NCBI RefSeq assembly: GCF_035594765.1
Contig: NC_085843.1
Coordinates: 135,819,971 to 135,883,970, forward strand
DNA from: Anolis carolinensis
Taxonomy: Eukaryota
Direction: 5' to 3'
DNA: 64,000 bases
Below, one piece after another: positions 1 through 13,089 of this stretch. Numbering within the stretch: the stretch's first letter is position 1; each line of letters starts with the position of its first letter. The notes beneath the pieces are model-generated. The model searched no databases. It was not told where the DNA came from and was given only the letters and a program-made list of their open reading frames with translations. A program made the position numbers and the translations under genes.

Positions 1-345
1 CATTTCTTCTGCCTACCTAGCAGTTTGAAAACAGTAATGTAAATAGATAAATAGGAACCGCTTTAGCGGGGAGGTAAAAGGTGCACCTGAAAAACATGCT
101 GTCAGAAGGCATCCATGGATGAGAAGCTCCTCACCATGGAAGAATGGAACAACAGCACCTCCCCATGGTCAATTCGAGCTCAGCCTCCAGATGCCTGAAA
201 TGAAAAAAGAGAGAAAGCCTTGCCTCTGTTTGTTACTGTCTGTCTTTGTCAATTGTATAATGGTATTAAATGTTTGGCATATACGCATCTGCTCTGAGTC
301 CCCTTGGAGTGATAGAGCAAAATATAAATGAAGTATATTATTTTT
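1..345 (+). mobile_element. SINE fragment: Sauria-SINE-like body followed by an L2-type 3' tail (Anolis SINE2-like), cut by the window edge
   Basis: 1-80 resembles the Sauria SINE core (cttctgcctacctagcagtttgaaaac...ataggaaccgct). 218-330 matches the tail seen again at 54853-55000 (ttgcctctg...gagtcccctt...aatataaat), followed by (TTA)n. Confidence 0.6.
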
Positions 346-373
346 ATTGTTGTTGTTATTATTATTATTATTA

Positions 374-1548
374 TTAGCTTTGCCCAGCCACGCATTGCTG
401 TGGCTTATGGGAATCATTTGTTGGTCAGGTGGAATAGCAGTGAATAGCCTTGCAACCTCAAAGCCTGGCCGTTTTCTGGAGTAGCTGGAGTAGCACCCTC
501 AATCAAAGAGCCACTTTGAAGCCTGGCTACTTCCTTTGTAGGGGAATCATTGTTTGGCCAGATTGAATTGCATGGAATAGTCTTGTAGCTTAAAAGCTTG
601 GCTGCTTTCTACATAGGGCATCCTTGCTATGCCAGGTTGAATGGGATGAAGTAGCCTCATGGCTTCAAAGCCTGGGGATTTGGTTGGCCAGGTTGAAAAG
701 CACTGAATAGCCTTGCCTTTTATAAGCTTGGCCGCTTTCTATCTTGCAGAATCCTTGGTTGGTCAGGTTGAATAACAATTAATAGTCTCGGTGTGGCAGG
801 TATGAATGCTGAAATTAGGCACTTTGATTAGCATTTAATGGCCTTGCAAGCTTCAAAGCCTGTCTGCTTCCGGCCTGGGGGAATCCTTTGTTGGGAAGTG
901 TTAGCTGGACCTGATTGTTTCCTTTCTGGAATTCCCAATTTCCCTGCTTTCAGAGTATTGCTCTTTATTTACTGTCCTGGTTTTAGATATTATATTGTTC
1001 TGTATTATTATACCACAGTAATTATTCCATATTATATTTATAATCTTATATTATTTGCATAGAACTGGATTATATGAGCCCCCTTCTACACAGCTGTATA
1101 AAATCCACACTGAAGTGGATTATATGGCAGTGTGGACTCAAATTCATCGAGTTCAAAGCAGATAATATAAGATTATAAATGAGTAATATAGCTGTGTGGA
1201 AGAACCTTGAGTCTACACTGCTATATAATCCAGTTCAAATCAGATAATCTGTATTTTGTAGGCAGTGTAGATCAGGCCTAAGTGCACTCTGCCTGTGCCC
1301 TGGGCACCATTTTGGCTGAGGGAGTTGCTAGGATATGAAGGGGGTGGGGCCTAAAGGCAGCAGGGAGGGCTAAAGGCATCAGAACCTACCTTTCTAACTG
1401 GCAGTTGGGGGGGGAGGCTCTTCCTCATCCTCTATAATTTGGACTATTTTTCTAGGTTTTTTTGATTGAAAGACATATTTTGGATGACTATGTCTTTTGT
1501 GGCCAAATTTGGTGTGATTTGGTTCAGTGGTTTTGTTGTTTACTCCAC
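374..1548 (-). mobile_element. Non-autonomous Helitron; its 5' end lies in the assembly gap
   Basis: Left end ttagctttgcccagccacgcattgctgtggc matches the CTAG + hairpin terminus at 13012. It shares internal blocks and the 5'-proximal region with 13012-15035. Positions ~410-960 hold tandem copies of a Penelope-like segment. Confidence 0.75.
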
Positions 1549-1690
1549 NNNNNNNNNNNNNNNNNNNNNNNNNNNNNNNNNNNNNNNNNNNNNNNNNNNN
1601 NNNNNNNNNNNNNNNNNNNNNNNNNNNNNNNNNNNNNNNNNNNNNNNNNNNNNNNNNNNNNNNNNNNNNNNNNNNNNNNNNNNNNNNNNN
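1549..1690. other. Assembly gap (N run)
   Basis: Run of N. Confidence 1.
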
Positions 1691-2163
1691 AGCTGATCCA
1701 TATTTTTCTCTGCTAATTGCTGAGTTGCTGATAAAAGACTCTGCTGAAGTTGGGCTGTGATGATCTGCTTGCCATGGAACATTCCATCCATGCTCAGTGT
1801 TAGGGTGACAGTAATTAGAATTTATGGAGTATGTGCTAATTTGGTGGGGTGGTTGTGATTGTTGATACAAACCCACGATGACAGATAATTTAGCCCAAAA
1901 AGATGAGCATAAGATTTGAGCAAATAGAGTATTTTCTAGTGGGAATTAGGAAGGGGCACCATTCATTTTCCAGCCCCCCCCCAAAAAAAACCCAGAAATG
2001 TGAGAATTTTTAGTGTAATGAATAGAATTTCTTACATATTACTTATCTGAGAAGGGTGGGGTGATTTTTTTTACCTTTATCGGACACAACATGGCTAGAG
2101 TGCCCCCCCTTCTTTCTCTTTTTTAAACAAAGATATGTGGTTTGCTCACTTTGAACTCACTAA

Positions 2164-2301
2164 GGTCCCTTCTACACTGCCATATAATCCAGATTATCAA
2201 AGCAGATAATCCAGATTATCTTCTTGATCTGAGTCTACACTGCCATATAATCCCATTCAAAGCAGATAATCTGAATTTTATATGGCAGTGTAGAAGGGAC
2301 C
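2164..2301. mobile_element. PIF/Harbinger-type MITE
   Basis: TIRs ggtcccttctacactgccatata / tatatggcagtgtagaagggacc, flanked by a TAA duplication (2161-2163, 2302-2304). Confidence 0.8.
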
Positions 2302-3258
2302 TAAGAATGATTCAGCCAGGAGGTATAGCTGGCAACTAGAACATCTTGGAGTGTCTGAGCAGTATGACATAGAAATACTCTCTCTAACTCCCCTTGCATA
2401 TAATTATGACAAGAAAAAAGCATGTTACACATGCACACACAGAGAGTGGCTAATGCATGGTTGGAATGAAGGGCATTGTTAATGAGACTACATTAATCTT
2501 CATGCTGATGTTTCCAACCCTTAGTTGAGTTGATAATAGTCTGATTTCTATTGCTCAAATGCCAGTTGAAAGTGTCTCTGTGTCTTTGGGAGTGGGTGTG
2601 CAAGGTCAGCCAATGTCTTCTGAACCTATCTTCTGATGAAATCTCATTATTTCTTCAAAGTGAGACATTTTCTTTCTCTCTAACTATGTTAATATGATTA
2701 ATATGTACTTTGAGTCATTTGCCACAGACTACACTAAAGATGGCAGAAATACACTTCTTCAACTCTGCCTTCAGTATCTAGTTCGGATGGATTTAGAGAA
2801 AATCATATCTAATGGTGTGAATATTCAGTGTGAAAAAAAATTAAAGCAAAGGATGGCATTGGCATCATCAAGGGCAGAATGATACTGGATTTATAGCCTG
2901 CCAGATACCATAAAAGAAACTGAAGGTTGAGGCAGTGACTTCGTTGATATATGATATCACTCAGGATACAATATAACAAGACTGGACATCTCCGTAATGT
3001 GATTAAAGGAAGACATTTGGCGTGTAGCTTTTAAATTAAAATAGACATTCTAATCTGAGGTGGTTAATGACAAACTTAAAGGCCAGGGAGGATCTCCACA
3101 GGAATTTAAAATAGCAAATAGTTACCCTTGCCATTATATGACTATCCTTTGAACAAACAGCATTTACTGATTTAAATGACTCATTTAAAACAAATAATTT
3201 CTATCACGGTAGCTGGAGTATAACCCTCTTCCTCTTGATGCTAATCATAGAACAACTA

Positions 3259-3583
3259 AAAAGGTAAAGGTTTCCCCTGAAGTTAAGTCCAGTCATGTCT
3301 TACTCTGGGGATTGGTGCTCATCTCCATTTCTAAGCCAAAGAGCCGGCGTTGTCCGTAGACACTTCCAAGGTCATGTGGCCGGCATGACTGCATGGAGCA
3401 CCGTTACCTTCCTTCCAGAGCGGTACCTATTGATCTACTCACATTTGCATGTTTTCGAACTGCTAGGTTGGCAGAAGCTGGAGCTAACAGCAGTCGCTCA
3501 CTCTGCTCCCGGGATTTGAACCTGCGATCTTTCGGTCCACAAGTTCAGCAGCTCAGCGCTTTAACACACTTTGCCACCGGGGC
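3259..3583 (-). mobile_element. Sauria SINE, full length
   Basis: tRNA-like head and (ACCTTT)n tail on the minus strand. 11-bp TSD tagaacaacta at 3248-3258 and 3584-3594. Near-identical copies occur elsewhere in the window. Confidence 0.93.
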
Positions 3584-3838
3584 TAGAACAACTAGACCAA
3601 AATATATCAATTAATCAGTAATTCATACATTACAGTATTGTACTCTGTGTTTAATATTGTCCCTTCTTTACATTAGCTTCTAAACAGGAGATGCTTAATA
3701 AATTGGTGGAAATTTATTATCTTTATCTCTAACGTTCACACAGATATGTTGAGCTTGCTTTAAGCTTTCGTGGCCTACAGATTTTGGAGCTCTATAAAGA
3801 TTAGTTTGGATTTGTTTTTTTTAGACATGCATTTATTT

Positions 3839-6800
3839 ATTTATTTTTTAAAATAATCTTTATTAAATTTTCCATTTACATATTAAAATATAGATATAAG
3901 ATAATAAGCATGATTAATAGTGAGATAGAAAGGGGAAAACAAAAAACAAAAACACAAACACAAAAAAGGAAAAAGAAAAAAGAAAAGGAAAAGAAGAAGA
4001 AGAAAAAAAAGAATAAAGAATATATATAAAATATATTGGAGTTCCGGGTATCTTCCTGGAGATTCCCTTCCTTTTCTTTCTTCAGTCTTTTCCTTGTTTC
4101 GTTTCGTTTCTCTGGAGTCCTTCCTTCCTGTCTTTCTTCCATTCATGATGGGGGGTTTCTTTTTACATCCTCTGTTTTTTAATATTTCCCTTCTTAATTT
4201 TCATTTGGGCCTGACTTCCTTTGCTTCTTATATTATCTTTGTTTTTGTTTATTTATTTATCTATCTATTTATTTATTTATTTATTTTCTTTTATATATAT
4301 ATATCCTATCTTTTCATTTTTATTCTATAATCTTGCTGTTTTATTTATTTTTATATTTATTTTAATTGTTTTATCTTTCCTTCTAGGTATTTTGTTACAT
4401 TGTCCCAATTTGTTTCTTTTATCGGATTTCCCTTACTTTTTGATAGAAGGAAAGTAAGCCTATCCATATTTTTTATATCTTGTATTTTTTTCAACCATTC
4501 TTCTTCTTTAGGGATTTCAGGATTTTTCCATATCCTCGCATAGCATATCCTTGCTGCCGTTGTTAGCAGGAATAATAATTTATCTTCATTTTTTTCTAGT
4601 TTTTGTTCCGTTATTCCTAGTAACCATATTTCCGGTTTCATTGGCAGTTTTATCTCTAATATCTTTTCTATGTCTCCCCTAATTTTCTTCCAATATGTCT
4701 TAGCTTTTTCACATCCCCACCACATATGATAGTATGTACCCTCAATCTTCTCACATTTCCAGCAATTTTTTTTACGTTTTTATAACATTTTCCTAATTTT
4801 TGTGGTGTCATATGCCATCTATAGGCCATCTTAATCCAATTCTCCTTTAAATCTGTTGCATAGCTATATTTCAGTTTTTCCCTCCAAATTTCTTCCCATT
4901 CTTCTTTCCTAATCTTCCTGCCTATATTTTCATTCCATCTGGCCATATGTGATTTTTCTTCCTCTTTTTCTGTTTCCCATTCTACTAATTTTTTATAAAT
5001 TTTTGTTATTATTTTTCTATCTGTTCGTATTATTTTTCCCCAAAATGTATTTTGCTCCTCAAATCCTACTTGTTTGTCTGTCTTAAAGTGTTCTTTTACC
5101 TGCCATATCTGATACCAGGAAATATTTTTATTTATTTCTCTCATTTCCTGTAGAGGTCTCATTTCCCATTCTCCATTCTGTTTTACTAATAATTCTTTAT
5201 AATTTGGCCAGTTATGCCATCCCAGTAGTCTTCTCTGCGATGCTTCTAGGGGAGAGACCCATAAAGGTGTTTTGTCATATAATTTCTTTTTGTATTTCTC
5301 CCAAATTTTAAGAATTGCTGAGCGTATAAAGTGATTGTTAAATTCTTTCTCAATTTTTGATTTCCCATACCATAGGTATGCAAGCCATCCCAATCTTAAA
5401 TTTATTCCTTCCAAATTTAGCAATTTATTATTTTCTAATTTTATCCAATCTCGTACCCACATTAGAGCCGATGCTTCGAAATAAAGTTTTAAGTCTGGTG
5501 TCGCTAATCCTCCCCTATTCTTTTCCTGGATCATATATTTCAGCTTTATTCTCAGATTCTTTTTTTGCCATATAAATTTCATTATGTCTCTGTTCCACTC
5601 TTTAAGGATCTTTTGATTTCTAATTATCGGCAGATTCTGAAAAAGGAATATCATTTTTGGTAGAATACTCATTTTTACGCATGCTATTCTACCTAACAGT
5701 GCTAGTTTTAACTTCCCCCAATTCTCCATTTCCTTCTTCATCTCTTTCCACTTTGTTAGGTAGTTATTTTCAAGTAGCTGAGAGTTTTTCTGAGTTATAA
5801 TTATTCCTAGGTATTTTATTTTGGGGGCGATTTGGATATTCCATTTTTTCATTAAAGTTTCTTGTTCCTTCTTTGTTATATTTTTGGTAATTGCTTTCGT
5901 TTTTTCCAATTTTATTTTAAATCCTGCTACTTCTCCAAATTCTCTTATTATCTCTAGCCATTTTCCTAATTTTGTGTCCGGGTCTTCTATTACACATATA
6001 ATATCATCCGCGAAGGCTCTGATTTTGTATTCACAGTTCTGTATTTTTGCGCCTTTCAGCTCTTCTTCCTCCCTTATTCTGTTTAATAGTATCTCCAGTG
6101 TCAAAATGAATATTAATGGTGATAAGGGGCAGCCTTGCCTAGTTCCTTTCTCTATATTTATATCTTTCGTTTCTCGGTCATTAATTAGAATTTTTGCCTT
6201 TTGTGAGGTGTATATTGCATCAATTGTATTTTGGAAATAATAACCTATATCCATTTCCCTTATTAATAATTTGAAAAAGGACCAATTTACATTGTCGAAA
6301 GCTTTCTCAGCGTCGAGGGCCAGTAAAAGAACTTTTTTTATTATTATTTCATAATATTCGATCAAGTCAATAATGGTTCTTACATTTTCTCTTTGGTGTC
6401 TATTGGGCAAAAACCCCGTTTGTTCTTCTTTTATCCAGTTTTTTTAAAAGTTTTTAAATCTTTCCGCTATTATATTGCTAAAAATTTTGTAATCCAAATT
6501 TAATAGTGAAATTGGCCTGTAATTTTTAATTTTTTCTGGGTCCGAATTTTCTTTGTGTATTGTACATATGTTTGCTTGTTTCCATGTTTCCGGCATTTTT
6601 GCAATTTCTCTAATCCTGTTCATGATTTTTTTCAAGTATGGTATTAACTCTTGGCCGAAAGTTTTATAATATACTGCTGTTAGCCCATCTGGGCCTGGGG
6701 CCTTATTAGGTTTCAAATTTTGTATGGCTTTCTTTATCTCCTGCTCTGTAATTTCACTATTTAGTTCCTCTCTTTGTTTTTCTGAGATTTTTGTCACTTT

Positions 6801-9341
6801 TCTCTCTTCTATGTATTTCATTATTTTCTCTTCGTCTATTTGTTCTTTTTGGTAGAGTGTCTCGTAAAATTGGGTTTTGAATTGGGTTTTTATGTCTTCC
6901 TCCTTTGTATATATTTTGTCCCCTTCTTTTATTTTTGTTATATATTTGTTTTCCTTTCTTTCCTTAATTCTATTAGACATCCATCTTCCCGGTTTATTTG
7001 CATTTTGAAAGAAATCTTGCTTTATACATTTCAGTTTATTAGCCCTTTCCTCCATTATCAAATATGCCCTTTGATTTGTAAGATTTCTATTTTCCTCTGG
7101 ATATCCTTGTTTCTTGGGTTTGATTTTAACCTAATTTCTTCCTTTTTTATTTCTTCAATTATCTTGTTCATTTTTTTATCTTTCTTTCTTTTTAATTGCT
7201 TTTTGTTGAATAAATCTCCCTCTTACTACTACTTTACTTGCTTCCCACAATGTAAATAGGTCTATCTCTGTTGTGTCATTTATCTCGAAATATTCTTGTA
7301 TTATTTTCCTTATTCTTTCAATATCTTCCTCTTTCTTCAATAAATTTTCATCTAACCTCCACCTCCATTCTTTCTCTTTTTTTGTAGAATATCTCTAGTT
7401 CTAATGGGCAATGGTCTGAATCTAACCTTGGCAATATCACTGTTTTTCTTATTTTTGGCATTAAGGACTTTGACACCCACGCCATATCGATTCTCGACCA
7501 GCTTTGGTGTCTGGTTGAGAAAAAAGTAAAATCCCTTACTCCTTCATTTTTTATTCTCCAGCTATCCTGAATGTTTAATTCCTTCATCATGTTCATCATT
7601 GTTTTTGGTAAATTTCCTATATTATTTTTACTTTTCCCTTTCTTCGCTACTTTACTCCCATCTATTTCCCCCTCTACTACACCGTTAAAGTCTCCTATTA
7701 ATATTAGATGTTCATATTCTTGATCGTTAATACTGCCTTTTAATTTTTCTGTGAAGGCTGACTTTGCTCCATTAGGTGCATATATGTTACATATTAACAT
7801 ATCTATTCCCTGAATCGTTATTTTTACTCCTACGAATCTACCCTCATCATCCTTGAAAGCTAATTTAGCTGGTATTCTCCCTTCTATATACATCACTACC
7901 CCCTTTTTTTTTTTCTAATGCCGAGGCGTAAAAGCATTGTCCCAGTTTTTTTTCCTCCAGATATTTAACGTGTTTTTGGTTTATGTTCTTTCTTATAGCC
8001 TCTTGTTCTTTTATTTGTCCCGTAGTTCCTTACAGGTCTTCAAATATTCTTTTCGTGCTAGTAATAATTAATTTGAATTTCAATAGGGTTAGTTAGGCAA
8101 AATTTCCACTCGTGTATACTTTCTTATACAGTTGCTTATTTTGTCTATCCGCTCATATGAGTCTTCCCTCTTTTGGGTAATCTAACTTTGGTCGCACAGT
8201 TCCCCAAGTTTCCTGTTATACTTTCATCACCTTCCTCCTCCTATGCTTGCTTGTATCTTTATATCTCTTTATATCTCTTTATTATTGGTCTTTCTTTCCT
8301 CTATTTCCCCTTAGAGGGCCTTTGTCTTTGCTATCTTGCAGTTTCTTTTGGGGAATTCTCAATTCCTAATTCTATTATTTATTTAAACTTTAGTCTTTCC
8401 TTAATCTCTCCTTCTTCCCTACCCAGAATTTTTTCCACTTTTTACCTTTCGGAGATTCACCTTCTCCGCTTCTCCCCTTCTTTTTTCCCTCCTCTCAATC
8501 CTGCTGGCGTTTCCTGCCTCTTCTTTATGGTTTTCTTCTGTTCTTTCCTTTTCCTTCCGCCCTTTCTGTCTTCCCCTCATCTGAGCTTCTTCTGCCCTTC
8601 TTCACGTCACGTCCTTTCCCTCTCCCTCTCTCACGTGGTTTACCTTCTACGCTGTTTCCGGCTTCTTCCAGCGGGGCTTTCGCCGCACCTCGCTTTGTTT
8701 ACAAGAAGGGAGGCTCTTATCTTTCCCCCAAGGTCAGTACTCCGCCATCTTCTTTGGATTGATTTGTTGTTTATTTTTAAGCCTTTTTAATCCTTAGCCT
8801 TAGCCTTTTAAGTTTTTTTCTTTTTCCTTTCCGGTCCTTGGTATTGTTTAGTTTCTCCTGCCGTTGCACTAAGCAGGAAAGCACACGCGCTTTCTAGCAC
8901 TATGTGCTTTACTTCTCCACAGCTTTCCACCCCTCCAGGAAGGCAAGTCTCTTCCTTCTCTCTTCTTATTCTCCAGAGAGCTAACCTCCGTTACGATGCC
9001 CCTTGGTTAAATCTTAAATTTCATTTGTCATTTCATCATTTTTCCATTAAAACAATGCGCCCGGTCGGCGATTCCTGCGTGGGGATTTCTCCCCCGCGCG
9101 CTTTCCACCGCGACCCACCTTAACCAATGGGTCTTTTGCCGGGTCCCTTTTGGAGCCCACTCTTGAGGAGTGGACCCCTTCTGGGTCCGTTGGCTGACCC
9201 CCGGTTTCCGCTGTCCACCTCACCTTAATCCATGAGGTGGAGGGAGCTATTGCTCTACCCAGTCGCCCGGTTTCAGCTGGCACCCTCCGGAGAGATCTAA
9301 AGTGCCTATCTCGCCAGCATGCCTGCGCACCGGAAGTCCTC
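3839..9341 (-). mobile_element. L1-clade LINE, 5'-complete, internally deleted (no ORF1)
   Basis: 15-bp TSD gacatgcatttattt at 3824-3838 and 9342-9356. A-rich 3' tail with AATAAA. 5' end GAGGACTTCCGG. ORF2 homology from ~7985 to 4357. Confidence 0.95.
4357..7985 (-). pseudogene. L1 ORF2 (APE endonuclease + reverse transcriptase + C-terminal Cys-rich domain), frameshifted
   Basis: EN motifs NIYAPN, LIGDFN, SRIDM, SDH. RT motifs KAPGPDG, YRPISLLN, DAEKAFD, GTRQGCPLSP, AFADD, KYLGI. C-terminal MWWGC. Split over ORFs 7348-7896, 6444-7061, 4668-6410 and 4357-4725. Confidence 0.95.
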
Positions 9342-12300
9342 GACATGCATTTATTTTTAAAAGCATCACATTAAAAAACAAAATAAAAAAGATTAGTCTG
9401 AGATACAGATCACCTATTTCCATTTCTATTACATTTGATGCTGTGACACACAAGGATATTGTCACGTTAAAGAAGGATTCCCTTATAGACTTACTTAGAT
9501 GTAAGTCCCTTGAAGTTAGCAATGGAAAGAAATGTCATTAGTTTCAACTTTCTCAAGTAAAGTAACATTTTTTAAACTTCCCCAAGACTTCTTAAAAATG
9601 TATCTAACCCGAGGCTTACAGGCCATTTCCAAGAAGTAAAGTACTCACAGAGCAATGTACATATTTAAAAAGGCAAACTGCTAAAATGCATTTAATTGGA
9701 ACAAATACACAGAAACACTTTTAGTTAATGGAAAGAAGTATAAATCTGTCTGTATGTCATGTGAGTGTGTGTGTGCAGTGGAAAGAATATTAAAATTATG
9801 TGAATTTCAGGATGGTAAGGGGAGAGATCCAGAGTCTCACAACCTGTTATGAAGCAAGTAAAGGAAGAAAATTCAGGTGAATTCAAATAAACCCTGTGAA
9901 ATAATGACATGGATTTTGTGGCAATTTTGGATGAACATACGCACTTGACAAAGAGACTCAGGGTGCTGAGATATAATTCATTAAGTGTCACAGGACTGTC
10001 CTGAGCTTTGTCAGATGTAAACAAACTGAAGCCTCTTTGTTACTCTACAATCTGATGAAACTTGAAAGCAGAGAACATGGGAAATGGCATTAAGTGTTGG
10101 GTAGAAAAAACCCCCAAATAAGAACACAATAAATAGAAAAAGGAGTCATACTTTGCTCTGTGCACACTACAGTAGGCCATGCACTGTTTCAAAAATCCTC
10201 TATGTCCCTGGCTAAATTCTATAAAACAAAATGCTTCAACCAGCTTCAGGTCCATAAAAACAGTATCTCTGATAGTCAAGATTACTGATAATCATGATTA
10301 TATTCTACATTCTAGGTATCATATATGCATATCATCTATAAGATTTTCTCCTCATGGTCAGGAGTACAGGAATATAAGCCTGGCCAAGGATGCAATAACA
10401 ATTTCTAATTGGATCTCACATAGGACCTCATCAGATGCAGGGCCCCCCACCTCATTTCTACACACTTTAAAAACAGTTTACAACCCATCATACAGACCAA
10501 AACTACTTCTACTGGCCTTCCTGTGAGACTCTGCCTGTAAACTGTTTCATAAGTCTGTAAACCATAGGGAGATGGAGAATTCTGGACTTAGGGGGAAATC
10601 TGAATCTTCCAATGCATATGGAAATGGATAAATCTAGAAACTGCCAGATTAGTGCATTCATTTTAGTGATATTTAGAATAGGTGTTCCTGTGGGCGGTCT
10701 CAAAATGAGCCTCGGTGCTTCTTTTCTCACCCATACTCCTCTCTCATGAAACTTTTACAATAATTTTTTTTTTAAAAAAAAATGTTTTTCAGGTATTGCA
10801 CAATTTTGATATATCGCCACTTTGCTGTGACTATAGTTTCCCTGTTTCTTTTTAAACCTAGGTTTCAGACTTCTGCAATTGCTAAGTTTTCCTTTTTTAA
10901 AAAAAAGAAGAATGCAAAATGGGCAGAACTATGTCAGAAAACCTGTGTCCTGTATGATTGATGAGTCAGGTCTCACCTCTTCTGCTCATCTGTTAGACCG
11001 CTTTAGTAACTACCAAGCGGCACTAACAAACACGACAGCATAGTCAATTTTATCTACTGATCCCAGCGACACTAAAAACTTTATTTACAGAATATCTACA
11101 AAAATAAACAGCCTGAGCTGCTCAAACACATCTTGCATTGGCAAGAACAAATCATGGAGTCTCACTGTGTCTGTTATCAGTACACTTTAAGCACATCCCA
11201 CATTCCACAGTACATGACATATCTTCCTACTACATAGCTCAGACGGAAGTCTTGATGCTTTGCCCTTCTAGCCATAAATCAGGGCTCTCTGCAATTAACC
11301 TCTTGACTGCTGGAATGCTTACCGGAGCAAATGCGCACACTTACATGGCAACAATGAATTAAACATTTCACTACATAACACAAAAACCCTACCAAACTAC
11401 ACTCACTGTGTGATAGCTCAAACTCAAAATACAGGGGATTACAGGAGAAATGATGAAAATATATTGCATGTGATGAGGCTGAAAATATTATCAATTTTTC
11501 TTTAAAAGAGGTAAGACTACATTACCTGCGCTCCCCACCACCCCCACTCCCATGAGATGAAGTCCTTAGGGCCACATTGTGGGAAGGAAATGATTTTTGT
11601 TGGATATTCCAAGAACAATTATGGCTGCATCTGCACTGCTATACAACACATCTTCATAAAGCAGTTCACCTGCACTGACCTACGTTATATGAGTTTACAC
11701 TGTCCCATAATGCAGTTCAAATTTTAAAACTACAAACCTAGAAACATCTTTGCATAGGCTTTTGTTTATATTGCATGGCATCTTGGAGAAAAAAAATCAT
11801 AATCTCTGAATTCAAGCACAGATATAGTGTAGCTTATACAGCCCCTAAGCAAACTGATATAAAGTGTTCCAATTTCATTTCTTCTTTCTCTGCTTCTGAG
11901 ACAGCACGATTTTCCAAAATAAGTTTCATTGTTCTTTTCAGGTATGTCTATATATTTTATTGATAATATATATATGGGGAGGGGATATATTCTGTGCAGT
12001 GAAAAATATAATCCAATAGGGAAGTACATAATCTAAAAGGCATTTTATTTCTATGCTACACTACACTTTATGGTTACAATGCCTCTTTTGGAATGCAACT
12101 GATTACACCAAGACAAAACATTACAGCTTCTGTTTAAGGCAAACAAACTAACAATTTATCTTTGCCAACAGAAGAAAAACAACCCAAACATACTTTTGGA
12201 AATGATACACCCCCAGGATGATAACATTGACAGAAAAAGGCTGGGAAAAATACTTCTGTTTCTTGAAAGTCTGCATTTCTAAAGCTTATTGACACGCATG

Positions 12301-12358
12301 CACACAAATACTCTTTTGAACACACACACACATATACACAGAGAAAAATACTCTTTAG

Positions 12359-12997
12359 TAGGCTTGTGCATGGATTCAAACTGGTCGGTTCCCTTTGGCC
12401 AATCTGGCTTGCTTGGCTTAGCCGGATGGCTGTAATGGTAAGGGCTCAGTCATGACATTTTTTCATCCATAATGGAACCACCTGGCAGCCGATCACAGCT
12501 CCTCCTCCCCTATTTGGCACCAAGTACTGTTTATATAAGGTTTTCCTGTGAGCCCTGCCTGTTGAGTGAATCAGAATAGAAGATCGCCATAACATGACAT
12601 GTCTTGCTTAACCCCATTGCTCAATCTCAGATTTCCTTAAAAGGAAGATACAAAAGCATCCCGGGAGGGGTGCTTCCTTAACCTCATTCTTCAAACCCAA
12701 ACTTCCTTGAAAGCAACATAGGAAAGGGTCCCAGGAGAGGGTGCTTCCTTAACCCCATTCTTCAAACTCAGGCTCCCTTGAAAGGAAGAAAGGAAAGAAT
12801 CCCAGGAACGGAAAGGGGAGCCTTGTAAGTTCCCTATTCCTTCCAATGGGCCAGATCTCCCTGGATCTTTCAGCTGCCTAGCCGAAAACAGATTTTTCAT
12901 TAGCCGATTTTAGGAGGCTCCCAAAAACGGATCTGGGTACCCATCAAAATTCGGATACCAAAAACGGATCGCCTTCCAGCTGAATTGCGCAAGCCTA
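12359..12997. mobile_element. Non-autonomous hAT-type DNA transposon
   Basis: TIRs taggcttgtgca / tgcgcaagccta. Perfect 8-bp TSD ctctttag (12351-12358, 12998-13005). Internal tandem duplication at ~12640-12800. Confidence 0.88.
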
Positions 12998-13089
12998 CTC
13001 TTTAGAATGTACTAGCTGTGCCCAGCCACGCGTTGCTGTGGCAAAGTATGGTGGTATGAGAAATAAAGTATTGAGGAATTGGTAGTAGT

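Noticed and set aside
1394-1876. ORFs spanning the N gap (also 24165-24479)
   Set aside because: Artefacts of translating through Ns.
3500-3583. tRNA-like A/B box sequence
   Set aside because: It is the tRNA-derived head of a SINE, not a tRNA gene.
3295-3614. Recurring ~70-140 aa ORFs with similar sequence (also 13552, 19031, 35867, 39381, 39497)
   Set aside because: Antisense translations of Sauria SINE copies, not a gene family.
3876-4457. Hydrophobic, membrane-protein-like ORFs
   Set aside because: Low-complexity L1 3' UTR and tail.
8173-8790. 205-aa plus-strand ORF antisense to the L1 5' region (ORF0-like?)
   Set aside because: Non-ATG start, and the F/L/S-rich composition expected from the stop-poor complement of a purine-rich strand; no other support.
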